Positions 1 through 9,994 of a stretch of 54,121 bases of DNA are shown here, piece by piece (position 1 is the stretch's first letter; every line of letters begins with the position of its first letter). This DNA is from Flavobacteriales bacterium. Its GTDB lineage: Bacteria > Bacteroidota > Bacteroidia > Flavobacteriales > CAJXXR01. The stretch spans positions 1 through 54,121 of the forward strand of contig JBMYYR010000005.1 in NCBI GenBank assembly GCA_049609625.1. Reading direction: 5' to 3'. A model generated the notes under the pieces. The model was not told the DNA's origin and made no database searches. It worked only from the letters and a program-made list of their open reading frames with translations. A program made the position numbers and the translations under genes.

Positions 1-901
1 TAAAATAGTAATTCACTGGATTTACCTTAGCTCCATTTTTATAAACTTCGTAATGCAGATGTGGCGCAGTTGATGTTCCCGTATTTCCAACAAAGCCAAT
101 GACGTCGCCACGTTTGACTTTATCGCCTTTTTTCACATTAAACGACTGCATGTGTGCGTAAAACGTCTCATAACCATAGCCATGATCTAATTTTATTGAA
201 TTTCCATAACCACGTCCCGAACGTCGAGTTTGTGAAACAACGGCGTTTCCAGTCGCATAAATCGGTGTATTTCTCGGCGCCGTAAAATCCATCCCATAAT
301 GGAATTTTCGAGTTTTATAAATTGGATGAATCCGATAACCAAAGCCAGATGCCATTCGCTTAAGGTCTTTATTTGCAACAGGTTGAATAGCCGGAATAGA
401 GGCAATCATCTCCTCCTTTCCTTTGGTCAAATTGAGAACTTCATCAAAAGATCGAGATTGAACATAAAGTTTTTTTCTAATATAATCGAGTTCTTTTTTG
501 GTCTCAATGACTTCCTCAGAATGCTCATAAGCCTCAAGTTGTTCATAGCGACGAGCTCCTCCCAGACCTGCATTTCTGATGCTTTGACTAATAGGTTCGG
601 CTTCAAAAATGGTTCTATAAATATTGTCGTCGCGCTCTTGAATATCCTCCAACACAAGGTTTACCTGATTCAAATCTTTTTTTAAATCTTTGTATTGTAA
701 ATTCAAAAAAACAAGTTCTTTTTGAAGCTTTCGCTCTTTTGGCGATCCAAAAAAAGTGTACAACACAAAGACCATTCCGCCAGCAATAGCAGCACATAGA
801 CCAAAAAAAGCAAACAACTTAATCAGTCGTTGTTTTTTCGATTTTTTTACCTTTACATAAGCTCCAGTCTCAGGGTCGAAGACATACTTATCTTTTAACA
901 T
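1..901 (-). CDS. M23 family metallopeptidase (3' end runs off the window)
   Basis: Hand translation from ATG at 901: MLKDKYVFDPETGAYVKV..., one TM segment, coiled coil, RDDNIYRTIFEAEP, and near the window edge GNTGTSTAPHLHYEV (M23 HxH motif) then KVNPVNYYF. It is absent from the ORF track because it is truncated. Confidence 0.92.
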   Translation of the reverse strand, partial: MLKDKYVFDPETGAYVKVKKSKKQRLIKLFAFFGLCAAIAGGMVFVLYTFFGSPKERKLQKELVFLNLQYKDLKKDLNQVNLVLEDIQERDDNIYRTIFEAEPISQSIRNAGLGGARRYEQLEAYEHSEEVIETKKELDYIRKKLYVQSRSFDEVLNLTKGKEEMIASIPAIQPVANKDLKRMASGFGYRIHPIYKTRKFHYGMDFTAPRNTPIYATGNAVVSQTRRSGRGYGNSIKLDHGYGYETFYAHMQSFNVKKGDKVKRGDVIGFVGNTGTSTAPHLHYEVYKNGAKVNPVNYYF

Positions 902-926
902 AGTCAGAAATTTAATGAAGCTTTAG

Positions 927-934
927 TATCTTTG
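927..934 (+). promoter_or_regulatory. Bacteroidota -7 promoter element (TATCTTTG), probably for alaS
   Basis: Matches the TAnnTTTG consensus about 140 nt upstream of the alaS ATG. Confidence 0.5.
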
Positions 935-963
935 GGACTTCTTTTTGAAACTAAAGTTAATCG

Positions 964-971
964 CAAATATA
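964..971 (-). promoter_or_regulatory. Bacteroidota -7 promoter element (TATATTTG) for the M23 peptidase gene
   Basis: The plus strand CAAATATA is the reverse complement of TAnnTTTG, about 60 nt upstream of ATG 901. Confidence 0.55.
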
Positions 972-1076
972 GTTATTTTTGCTGTTGCTCAAGGTTAAAT
1001 ATTGTAATTGATTCACTATCAACATCTTTAAAGTCTCAAAATAGAATAACTAAACTCAAAAAAGCCAAAATACACT

Positions 1077-3698
1077 ATGTTAAGTGCAATAGAAATTCGC
1101 CAAAAGTTCCTCCAATTTTTCGAAAACAAAGGACATCAACTTGTTCCTTCCGCTCCTTTGGTGCTCAAAAACGATCCGACCTTGATGTTTGTCAATGCCG
1201 GTATGAATCCCTTTAAAGACCTCTTTTTGGGCAATAGCCCGATTGAACATCCACGGGTTTCTAATAGTCAAAAATGTTTGCGAGTTTCAGGTAAACACAA
1301 TGATTTAGAGGAAGTTGGATATGACACTTACCACCATACACTTTTCGAAATGTTGGGTAATTGGTCTTTTGGAGATTATTTTAAGGAAGACGCCATTTCT
1401 TGGGCTTGGGAATTGCTCACAGAAGGTTTTGGTTTGGATAAAGATATTTTATATGTTTCTGTTTTTGAAGGCGATAAGGCTGATAAAACCGAATTTGATC
1501 ACGAAGCTAATACCATTTGGAAGACCTTTGTGGATGAATCTCATATTGTTTTAGGTAATAAAAAAGATAATTTTTGGGAAATGGGCGATGTTGGGCCTTG
1601 TGGGCCTTGTTCCGAAATTCATATTGATTTACGATCAGCCGAAGAGCGTGCAAAAATCAACGGAAAAGACCTCGTAAATGCCGATCATCCTCAAGTTATC
1701 GAGATTTGGAATTTGGTTTTTATGCAGTTCAATCGCAAAGCCGATGGTTCGCTAGAAGACCTGCCAAACAAACACGTCGATACCGGAATGGGCTTCGAAC
1801 GTTTGGTGCGTGCCATCCAAAAAAAGACTTCAAATTACGATACTGATGTGTTTCAACCGATTCTCAAAGCGATTGAAAATCAATCGAATATGACTTATGG
1901 TGCGACTGAAAAAATCGATATTGCCATGCGTGTTATCGCCGATCATCTTCGTGCGGTAAGTTTTGCTATTGCCGATGGTCAATTGCCGAGCAGTAATGGT
2001 GCTGGCTATGTCATTCGTCGAATTTTACGACGTGCTTCTCGTTATGCTTACACCTATCTTAAACAAGAAAATCCGTTTATTTATCAATTAGTTGATAGTT
2101 TGATTTCGAGTATGGGCAGTGCCTTTCCAGAACTCGAAAAACAAGCCGATTTAGTCAAAAAAGTGATTCAACAAGAAGAGCAATCCTTTCTAAGAACACT
2201 TTCTAAAGGACTTTTGTTGCTCGAACAAGAAATGGAAAATGCCTCATCGAAAATTATTTCTGGAAAAAAAGCCTTTCAATTGTATGACACCTTTGGTTTT
2301 CCTGCCGATTTGACTCAATTAATTGCTTCCGAACAAGGCTTTGAAGTCGATATGAAAGGTATGCAAGCTGAGCTTCGAGGTCAAATAGAACGTGGTCAGG
2401 AAGCTAGTGCTTCCAAAACCGATGATTGGGAGATTTTTGATGACTCTCAAAGCGATCAATTTGTTGGTTATGATGATTTAATTTGTGAAACCAACATTTT
2501 AGCTTGCCGAAAAGTAGAACAAAAGAAAAAAACATTTTATCAGCTAACGCTCAATCATTCACCTTTTTATGCCGAAGGCGGTGGTCAAGTTGGCGATGTT
2601 GGTCAACTGATTTGCAAAGATGATGTGATTGCCGTTTTTGATACAAAAATCGAAAATAATCAGCGCTTACATTTTTGTAATAAAGCTCCAAAATATCCAC
2701 AAGAAATCTATCAAGCTCAAGTTAATGCGAGCAAACGTCAGGCTTCGGCTTGCAACCACAGCGCCACGCATTTATTGCATTTTGCTTTGCGATCGGTGCT
2801 GGGAACACACGTCGAACAAAAAGGTTCTTTGGTCAATGCAGATTATTTGAGATTTGATTTTTCACATTTTTCTAAACTTAGCGAAGACGAACTTCAATCT
2901 ATTGAAAATCAAGTTAATTCAATGATTATCAATGGATTGATTCTCAATGAAAATCGACAATCAACTTTAGAGGAAGCTAAAGCAAAAGGCGCTATGGCTT
3001 TGTTTGGAGAAAAATATGGCGATACCGTCAGAACCATTCAATTTGGAGAATCGATTGAACTTTGTGGTGGAACACACGTTGCAAACAGTTCAGAAATTGG
3101 TTTATTTAAACTGAAATCAGAATCTGCTGTTGCTGCTGGAATCCGACGAATTGAAGCCATTACACAACAAACAGCTTTGCAATTTTTGATGGGCGAACAG
3201 AAACTTTTAGATGAGATTCGAGTTCAAGTTAAAAACCCAAAACATCCGCTAAAAGCTGTCCAACAATTACAAGCTGATTTAGCATCGAATCAGAAAAAAT
3301 TGGAACATTTATTAGCCGAAAAATCAAAACAAGTTGCCCAAAATTTGGAACAACAAGTTGAAACCACGGCTTCTGGCTTACAAATTTTGGCTCAGGAAGT
3401 GGATTTAGATATGGCTCAAATTAAAACCTTAGCTTTTGGTTTGGAAAAGAAATTTGATAAATTTTGTGGACTTTTCGCCTCTTCATCTGGAGAAAAAGCC
3501 AATTTAACCATCATTTTTTCAAAATCAGTCAACGACGCCTCAGAAGAACTCCACGCCGGAAAACTCATCAAAACTTTGGGCAAACACATCCAAGGTGGCG
3601 GTGGCGGACAAGCCCATTTTGCAAGTGCTGGCGGAAAAAACAAAGCTGGAATTCCAGCTGCTATTCAGGAGTTTAAAAGGCTTTTAAATTCACTTTAA
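1077..3698 (+). CDS. alaS: alanine--tRNA ligase
   Basis: DPTLMFVNAGMNPFK, YHHTLFEMLGNWSFGDYFK, GPCGPCSEIH, DTGMGFER, editing motifs HSATHLLH and ELCGGTHV, C-terminal GGGGG. Confidence 0.99.
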   Translation: MLSAIEIRQKFLQFFENKGHQLVPSAPLVLKNDPTLMFVNAGMNPFKDLFLGNSPIEHPRVSNSQKCLRVSGKHNDLEEVGYDTYHHTLFEMLGNWSFGDYFKEDAISWAWELLTEGFGLDKDILYVSVFEGDKADKTEFDHEANTIWKTFVDESHIVLGNKKDNFWEMGDVGPCGPCSEIHIDLRSAEERAKINGKDLVNADHPQVIEIWNLVFMQFNRKADGSLEDLPNKHVDTGMGFERLVRAIQKKTSNYDTDVFQPILKAIENQSNMTYGATEKIDIAMRVIADHLRAVSFAIADGQLPSSNGAGYVIRRILRRASRYAYTYLKQENPFIYQLVDSLISSMGSAFPELEKQADLVKKVIQQEEQSFLRTLSKGLLLLEQEMENASSKIISGKKAFQLYDTFGFPADLTQLIASEQGFEVDMKGMQAELRGQIERGQEASASKTDDWEIFDDSQSDQFVGYDDLICETNILACRKVEQKKKTFYQLTLNHSPFYAEGGGQVGDVGQLICKDDVIAVFDTKIENNQRLHFCNKAPKYPQEIYQAQVNASKRQASACNHSATHLLHFALRSVLGTHVEQKGSLVNADYLRFDFSHFSKLSEDELQSIENQVNSMIINGLILNENRQSTLEEAKAKGAMALFGEKYGDTVRTIQFGESIELCGGTHVANSSEIGLFKLKSESAVAAGIRRIEAITQQTALQFLMGEQKLLDEIRVQVKNPKHPLKAVQQLQADLASNQKKLEHLLAEKSKQVAQNLEQQVETTASGLQILAQEVDLDMAQIKTLAFGLEKKFDKFCGLFASSSGEKANLTIIFSKSVNDASEELHAGKLIKTLGKHIQGGGGGQAHFASAGGKNKAGIPAAIQEFKRLLNSL

Positions 3699-3764
3699 AA
3701 ACAAAAGCATCGTTCAATTTTTGAAAACAACAGTCTTTATTTTATCTTTATAAAAAACTAATTT

Positions 3765-4721
3765 ATGTCAACCTCAAGCATTCCTTCATTAGATTTAGCC
3801 GATTTTTTTTCGGACAATCCGCAAACTAAACAGCAATTTGTTCAACAACTTGGCGAAGCTTACGAAAGCATCGGTTTTGTTTCTATCAAAAACCACGGAC
3901 TTTCTGCCGCCGATCAGGATTTACTTTACAGCTCAGTAAAATCATTTTTTGAACTTCCGAAAGCTCAAAAAAAGCAGTATGAAATTCCAGGTATTGCAGG
4001 TCAACGTGGCTATGTTTCCTTTGGAAAAGAATCGGCAAAAGGTTCTGAGCACAAAGATTTAAAAGAGTTTTGGCATTTCGGACAATATGAAAATATTCCA
4101 GCTCAAAACAAATCAGATTATCCTGATAATGTGATGGTTAATGAAGTTCCTGAATTTAACGAAGCTGGAAAAAAAGCTTTTTTACAACTCGAACAAACTG
4201 GGAAATTTATGTTGCGCGCTATTGCGCTTTATTTAGGTTTGGATGAATGTTTTTTTGATGATAAAATTGTTGGCGGAAACTCAATTTTAAGACCAATTCA
4301 CTATCCACCAATTCAATCTGAACCCAAAGGAAGTGTACGTGCCGGACAGCATGAAGACATCAATTTTATTACCTTGTTGATGGGGGCTTCGGCAGATGGT
4401 TTACAGGTTTTGAATAAACAAAATGAATGGGTTTCGGTAACCGCCATCGACGATCATATTATTGTAAATGTGGGCGATATGCTTCAACGTTTGACTAATA
4501 ATGTCTTGCGCTCTACAACCCACCGCGTAGTCAATCCACCCAAAGAAAAATGGGGTGAAGCACGTTATAGTATTCCTTTTTTCTTGCATCCCAAAGCCGC
4601 TGTTTCTTTAGCTTGTTTGCCTTCTACGGTAACTGAAAACAGACCAAAAGCCTATGACGACATCACGGCTGGAGCGTATTTGAGAGAGCGTCTCATCGAA
4701 CTTGGTTTGATTAAATTGTAA
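3765..4721 (+). CDS. isopenicillin N synthase-like 2OG-Fe(II) dioxygenase
   Basis: N-terminal DIOX-type region, HEDINFITLL (HxD), NVGDMLQRLTN, STTHRV (distal His) and RYSIPFF (RxS). Confidence 0.92.
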   Translation: MSTSSIPSLDLADFFSDNPQTKQQFVQQLGEAYESIGFVSIKNHGLSAADQDLLYSSVKSFFELPKAQKKQYEIPGIAGQRGYVSFGKESAKGSEHKDLKEFWHFGQYENIPAQNKSDYPDNVMVNEVPEFNEAGKKAFLQLEQTGKFMLRAIALYLGLDECFFDDKIVGGNSILRPIHYPPIQSEPKGSVRAGQHEDINFITLLMGASADGLQVLNKQNEWVSVTAIDDHIIVNVGDMLQRLTNNVLRSTTHRVVNPPKEKWGEARYSIPFFLHPKAAVSLACLPSTVTENRPKAYDDITAGAYLRERLIELGLIKL

Positions 4722-4726
4722 TCGAC

Positions 4727-5071
4727 ATGGCAAAATTAAACAGCTTAGAAGATTTAAAGTCTTTATTTCCCAATAGCCTTCCCGAATCTGAACTTGAAGA
4801 GGTCATCGAAACGGAAAAAGAAGCCGACTACGGCACCAAAAAACTGCACGTTCAATACGAGCGCAAAGGCAGAGGCGGTAAAGAAGTTTGTGTAATTTCT
4901 GGTTTCGATTGCGATGAAGAACAAATAAAAGTCTTGGCAAAAGCCCTAAAACAAGCTTGTGGTTTGGGTGGTTCTGTGAAAGACCAAAGTATTTTGATGC
5001 AAGGTAAAAGCATGAATGCCATTGAGGTCTATCTAAAAAAACAAGGCTTTCAAGTAAGCCGAAATGTCTAA
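4727..5071 (+). CDS. SUI1/eIF1-family translation initiation factor (YciH-like)
   Basis: ERKGRGGKEVCVISGF...LAKALKQACGLGGSVKDQSILMQG is the SUI1 signature. Confidence 0.9.
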   Translation: MAKLNSLEDLKSLFPNSLPESELEEVIETEKEADYGTKKLHVQYERKGRGGKEVCVISGFDCDEEQIKVLAKALKQACGLGGSVKDQSILMQGKSMNAIEVYLKKQGFQVSRNV

Positions 5072-5086
5072 AAAAGTTTATTAATT

Positions 5087-5752
5087 ATGAGCATACAAAT
5101 TGCCATCGACGGGCATTCGTCGACAGGAAAAAGTACGATTGCCAAAGGTTTGGCAAGTCATTTTGGGTTTCTTTACGTCGATTCTGGCGCTATGTATCGC
5201 TGTGTGGCTTTGGATGCCTTGAGAATGGGTTTGGTTGATGAAGATTCAATCCAAACCGAAGCTATCTCAAAACGTGTGCAAAATCTTGATATTCAATTTG
5301 ATAATCAATCTATTTTACTCAACTCAGAAGATGTTAGTACTGAAATCCGAAGCCTTAAAGTAGCCTCAGTTGTTAGTCGGGTAAGTGCTATAAAAGCCGT
5401 CCGAACAGCTTTGGTTTCGGCTCAACAAAACTTGGCAAAAGCCCAATCGGTTGTGATGGACGGACGTGATATTGGTTCGGTCGTTTTTCCCGAAGCTCAA
5501 ATCAAATTATTTGTAACTGCCCATCCAGACGTGAGAGCAAAACGACGCTTTGACGAACTCAAAACCAAAGGTTTAGAAGCCGAACTAAGCGAAGTGAAAA
5601 CCAATCTTTTGGAACGTGATCAAACCGATAGTCAGAGAAAAGAAAGTCCACTCATTCAATGCGAAGATGCTATTTTGATTGACAATAGCAATTTGAGCCA
5701 CGAAGAGCAAATGGAAATGATTAAAGCTTTGGTTTGTTGTCGGTTGGGTTAG
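5087..5752 (+). CDS. cmk: cytidylate kinase
   Basis: IAIDGHSSTGKST P-loop, YVDSGAMYR, VMDGRDIGSVVFP, A...RAKRR, ERD..DS.R..SPL. Confidence 0.98.
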   Translation: MSIQIAIDGHSSTGKSTIAKGLASHFGFLYVDSGAMYRCVALDALRMGLVDEDSIQTEAISKRVQNLDIQFDNQSILLNSEDVSTEIRSLKVASVVSRVSAIKAVRTALVSAQQNLAKAQSVVMDGRDIGSVVFPEAQIKLFVTAHPDVRAKRRFDELKTKGLEAELSEVKTNLLERDQTDSQRKESPLIQCEDAILIDNSNLSHEEQMEMIKALVCCRLG

Positions 5753-5834
5753 ACATCAGATGTTTTCAACATATTTTTTATTGCCAAACGAGTTCAATCT
5801 AAGAAAAGAATACGTTCAGCCGAAAAATGATTTG

Positions 5835-5842
5835 TAGTTTTG
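5835..5842 (+). promoter_or_regulatory. -7 promoter element (TAGTTTTG)
   Basis: TAnnTTTG about 35 nt before ATG 5877. Confidence 0.5.
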
Positions 5843-5876
5843 CTAAAATTATTTTATTCTAGTCGAACCAAATCTT

Positions 5877-8453
5877 ATGAAACCAAACTTTCTTCTTTCT
5901 ATTAGTCTTCTGATATGTTGTTTTTTATCTTGTGCCGATACTCAAAGCGACTCGTCTAAAGCAACGGAAGCCATTCTATACATCCCACAAAATGCAGCTT
6001 TCATTGTTGAAGGACGCAACTTGCTTGGGGTAAAAGACGAGGTTGTAAAAGCTGATTTTCAGTCGCTTAGCCCCGAAAAAAGCGAACTTTCAAGTTTTTT
6101 CACATTACTTTCTGAGCTTGAACAAGAGCTAAATACCAACCAATCTTCGCTTTGGCGAAACTATGAGTTTTGTTTTTCTATCCACAGCTCCGGAAGCCAA
6201 AAAACAGGCAGTATTTTGGTTCTGAAAGACAAGTCCAAACAGTTGCTAAAAGCAATTTATTCCAGTTTTAATGATGATCAAAAATCTATAGAACAATATG
6301 AAAATAAAGTCATTACAAAATTAAAATCCGAAACATTAGCCTGTGTTCAAATTAATGATTTTATGCTGATTTCGGATGAAACTATTTTGATAAAAGACGC
6401 TATTTTACAACATTCTGCCAAATCAAATTTGAAAACCAATCCGCATTTCCAAAAGGTCTTCAAAAGCGCAGACCGTGATGAAATGCTCAATATTTATATC
6501 CAAAGCCAGTCGTTTTTTGAGGTCTTGAGTATGGATTACACCATTGATTTGGGAACACTTTCAGAGCTGGATGAATGGATGGCTTTAGATCTTGATTTAG
6601 ATAAAAACCGAATGGTTTTGACTGGTATTTGCAACGCCAAAGAAGGGAATCGTTTAGATAAAATGAAATTTGGAACAAGCGGAAAACCAAGTACTATTTT
6701 CGACTATTTACCAGCCCAAACAGCCTTAGTTTATTCTCATTTGTTTGCCGATATGCAGCAACTATACAGTGCTCAAATAAAACGGATTGAAAAACAACAA
6801 CAACTTGATACGTGGAAAAAAATCAAAAAAGAAAATCCTTTTTCGGTAGATCAATTTATGGATGATGTGGATGATGAATTTGGCATTGCCCAACTCAACG
6901 TAGATCACTCTGAGCAAGTGGTTTTTATCAAATTAAAAGCCTTTGATTTTGTGAGAAGTTTGCTCGAAGATTCTGAACTAGAACCTTATCGAGCACATGA
7001 AATCAAACAGTTGAAATCTAAAGGCATTTGGCCTTATTTGTTTTCTGAACAGATGGCGATCGATACACTAACAAAAGCATTAATTCTGGATAATTATTTA
7101 ATTCTAGCCAATCATCAAAATCAAATTAAACAACTGATAAACAGTTATTTGCTTAATGAAATCCTAAGTCAAAATGACGGATTCAAGAACTTGAAGCATG
7201 AACTTTCAGACAAAACCAACTTGTGGTTTTACGCTTCTGAAAAAGCACTGGAACACTATCCCAAAGCGCACTCAAAATCGAAAAAAAACACTTTAATTTT
7301 TGAAAAAAAATTGAGCAAATTGGGAAAGATTTTAGCTCAGGTTCAGGTTGAAGATCATTATTTTCAAATCAATATTGCTGCAAAAAACCCAAGTAAACAA
7401 TGGGAAAAACCAGCCCGAACGACGAACTGGACTTTAGGTTTTGAGCATGAATTTTCTTCTGAGTTTTATTCTATCTGGAACGACAAGAGCAAAGCGTATG
7501 ACTTGATGGTTCAAGATGAAAAGAACACCTTATTTCGATTAAGTCGAGAGGGTAAAATTTTATGGCAAAAACCTATGGATCAGCGCATTATAAACATCGA
7601 AGCTATAGATGTTTATAAAAACGGACGTATTCAGAGTTTGATTCAAACTAAGGATAATTTGTTTTTATACGATAAAAATGGAAAAATAGTAACAGGTTAT
7701 CCTGTGAGCTTGCCTTCAGAGTCGACGGCGAAGTTGGCTGTTTTTGATTATAAATCGAATAGAGATTATCGAATTTTAGTGCCTTGCAAAACACATTTAG
7801 CTATGTTCAACCAGCTAGGTAAGCGTGTGCAAGGATGGAAAGCCTATAAACAAAAATACGCCATCGACAGTCAGCCCATCCATCATCAGGCGTACGGAAA
7901 AGATTTTATTGTTTGCTCAAATGCGAATGATGAAATATTGGTTCTAAAGCGCGCCGGAACCTCACGGTTTGAGGTCAAAAAACGAGTCAAAACACATCCA
8001 AAAACACAGTGGTTTGCCAAACGCAATGCCGTGGAATTTAATTGCAGAAACACAGATGGTCAACTTGTTACGGTTATGAATCAAGGCTTAACCGAAACTA
8101 CAAAAGCTGAACAGAAAGAGCCGCTGGCGTTTTTCGACCAAGAAGATTTACAGCTTTCCGTTGGGTCATCGGCTTTGATTGCCCGCTACCACACAAAGGC
8201 TTTTAGTCATTCGTTTGAAAACAGTAAATCGGAGATATTTTTGGATCGAGCAGCTCATTTTATCGCCGTTTCGGATAAACAAAATGAAGAGGTCTATGTT
8301 TTTGATTTAAACACTGGCGAGCAAGTCGAGAAAAGTCCGTTTTATGGAAATTCTAGGCCAAAGTTGATGTTTGATGAAAAGAAGAATTTACTACATATTT
8401 ATGTAGGTGGTTCAGACGGAACATTATATGCTTATCAACTTTTGGTGGAGTAA
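5877..8453 (+). CDS. large uncharacterised lipoprotein (DUF3352-like N-terminal part, probable C-terminal beta-propeller)
   Basis: 858 aa ORF with a signal peptide and lipobox (CFLSC). Repeats such as GKILWQK, GKIVTGYP and GKRVQGW suggest propeller blades. Confidence 0.7.
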   Translation: MKPNFLLSISLLICCFLSCADTQSDSSKATEAILYIPQNAAFIVEGRNLLGVKDEVVKADFQSLSPEKSELSSFFTLLSELEQELNTNQSSLWRNYEFCFSIHSSGSQKTGSILVLKDKSKQLLKAIYSSFNDDQKSIEQYENKVITKLKSETLACVQINDFMLISDETILIKDAILQHSAKSNLKTNPHFQKVFKSADRDEMLNIYIQSQSFFEVLSMDYTIDLGTLSELDEWMALDLDLDKNRMVLTGICNAKEGNRLDKMKFGTSGKPSTIFDYLPAQTALVYSHLFADMQQLYSAQIKRIEKQQQLDTWKKIKKENPFSVDQFMDDVDDEFGIAQLNVDHSEQVVFIKLKAFDFVRSLLEDSELEPYRAHEIKQLKSKGIWPYLFSEQMAIDTLTKALILDNYLILANHQNQIKQLINSYLLNEILSQNDGFKNLKHELSDKTNLWFYASEKALEHYPKAHSKSKKNTLIFEKKLSKLGKILAQVQVEDHYFQINIAAKNPSKQWEKPARTTNWTLGFEHEFSSEFYSIWNDKSKAYDLMVQDEKNTLFRLSREGKILWQKPMDQRIINIEAIDVYKNGRIQSLIQTKDNLFLYDKNGKIVTGYPVSLPSESTAKLAVFDYKSNRDYRILVPCKTHLAMFNQLGKRVQGWKAYKQKYAIDSQPIHHQAYGKDFIVCSNANDEILVLKRAGTSRFEVKKRVKTHPKTQWFAKRNAVEFNCRNTDGQLVTVMNQGLTETTKAEQKEPLAFFDQEDLQLSVGSSALIARYHTKAFSHSFENSKSEIFLDRAAHFIAVSDKQNEEVYVFDLNTGEQVEKSPFYGNSRPKLMFDEKKNLLHIYVGGSDGTLYAYQLLVE

Positions 8454-8476
8454 TGCCATAAAAACCAGCTTCTTAC

Positions 8477-9787
8477 CTAAGCTTTGGAACTATTAGTATC
8501 TGTATTCCATCTCAAAACAATATACCCGATGATGGCAGAAATAAACGAACCGATAAGAATACCTGTTTTGGCAGAATCGATATAAACGGGCATGTTGCTA
8601 AAGGCGAGGCTTGCTATGAAGATAGCCATAGTGAACCCAATACCTGCTAAAAAAGACACACCAACAATTTGCCGAAAACAAATGTCGTCTGGCAAAGTGA
8701 TTAGATTTAACTTTTTGGCTATCATAATAATAGCTGTTATTCCGATACACTTTCCTAAGACTAAACAAATGACAATATTGCGTATCAAATCGGTATCCAA
8801 ATCAACGTCGCTCGTTAGGACAACTCCAGCATTGGCCAAAGCAAATACCGGAATAATAAAATAGGCGACCCAGTTGTGAAGCTTGTGTTCGAGGTGCTGA
8901 AGTGGAGACTGAAAGCTTTCTGTCCAATCTTCAATAGCATCAATTTCATTGATTTGTTCGCTCGATAAGATTGGCTTTTCCGACAATTTGGCCTTTTTAA
9001 TATTCGTAATAATCATATTTAATTTGTCCAAAAAATCTGCGGTTTTTATTTTTTGGCGAACAGGCACCGAAAAAGCTAAAAGAATACCCGCTAAGGTAGG
9101 ATGAATACCCGATTTTAGGAACAAAAACCAGACGATAATTCCGAAGAAAAGCAGTAAATACTTTGAATAAAATCCTCGATAAGAAATAATGTAAAGAATA
9201 GCCAAAAGTCCAAAAGCAGCAAAAAGAAGACTAAGGTTTATTGCACCGCTATAAAAAATAGCAATAACCAATACGGCTCCAAGGTCGTCTACGATGGCAA
9301 AGGCAGTAAGAAAAATCTTTAAGCTTAGCGGCACTCGGTCGCCCAAAAGTGTTAGAATTGCTAAGGCAAAGGCGATATCGGTAGCCATCGGAATTGCCCA
9401 GCCTTTCTGGGTTTCGGGATTTTCGTTGAAGAAAATAAAAAACAAAACAGGCACCAACATTCCTCCCAAAGCACCAAACAAGGGAAAGGCAATTTTTTTG
9501 ATCGAATTTAGCTCTCCAATCAAAAACTCTCTCTTAATTTCTAGCCCGATAAGGAAAAAGAAAATAGCCATCAAGCCATCGTTTATCCATAAAATCAAAG
9601 GTTTTTGAAGCTCAAAATTTGATGAAATAAATCCTAATTCGTATTGCCAAAGCGATTGATATTGTTCTCCATAAGGTGAATTTGCCCAAAGTAGGGCAAT
9701 TAATGTGCTTACAATCAATAATATACCGCTAAAGCTTTCAATTTTTACGAATTTCTGAAAAGGTGTAAGAATTATTTCTTTTATCAT
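8477..9787 (-). CDS. nhaA: Na+/H+ antiporter NhaA
   Basis: WINDGLMAIFFFLIGLEIKRE, GWAIPMATDIAFAL, AIVDDLGAV, SGIHPTLAG, FALANAGV, LAGIGFTMAIFIA. Confidence 0.98.
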   Translation of the reverse strand: MIKEIILTPFQKFVKIESFSGILLIVSTLIALLWANSPYGEQYQSLWQYELGFISSNFELQKPLILWINDGLMAIFFFLIGLEIKREFLIGELNSIKKIAFPLFGALGGMLVPVLFFIFFNENPETQKGWAIPMATDIAFALAILTLLGDRVPLSLKIFLTAFAIVDDLGAVLVIAIFYSGAINLSLLFAAFGLLAILYIISYRGFYSKYLLLFFGIIVWFLFLKSGIHPTLAGILLAFSVPVRQKIKTADFLDKLNMIITNIKKAKLSEKPILSSEQINEIDAIEDWTESFQSPLQHLEHKLHNWVAYFIIPVFALANAGVVLTSDVDLDTDLIRNIVICLVLGKCIGITAIIMIAKKLNLITLPDDICFRQIVGVSFLAGIGFTMAIFIASLAFSNMPVYIDSAKTGILIGSFISAIIGYIVLRWNTDTNSSKA

Positions 9788-9994
9788 GTTGGTCTAAGGT
9801 TGGTGTTTGTATAAAAAATTGAGGAGCGCTCTATCCAGATTTGTATGCTTTCTGATGGTGTTCTTGCTCAAAATATGTTTGCGAAATTACAAATTATCAT
9901 CGACTTTCTTTAGCATTTCAAAAACTTAAACTAATTTCTATTCACGTTTTCTTAAGAGCATTTTTCAAAAGAAAAAAATATAATCAACTCAATA

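Noticed and set aside
193-1216. Short ORFs 193-405, 299-685, 427-657, 615-797 and 932-1216
   Set aside because: They are shadow frames of the truncated M23 peptidase (901 to <1) and of alaS, with no recognisable motifs.
1592-1610. TGGGCCTTG tandem duplication in alaS
   Set aside because: It encodes the conserved GPCGPC motif.
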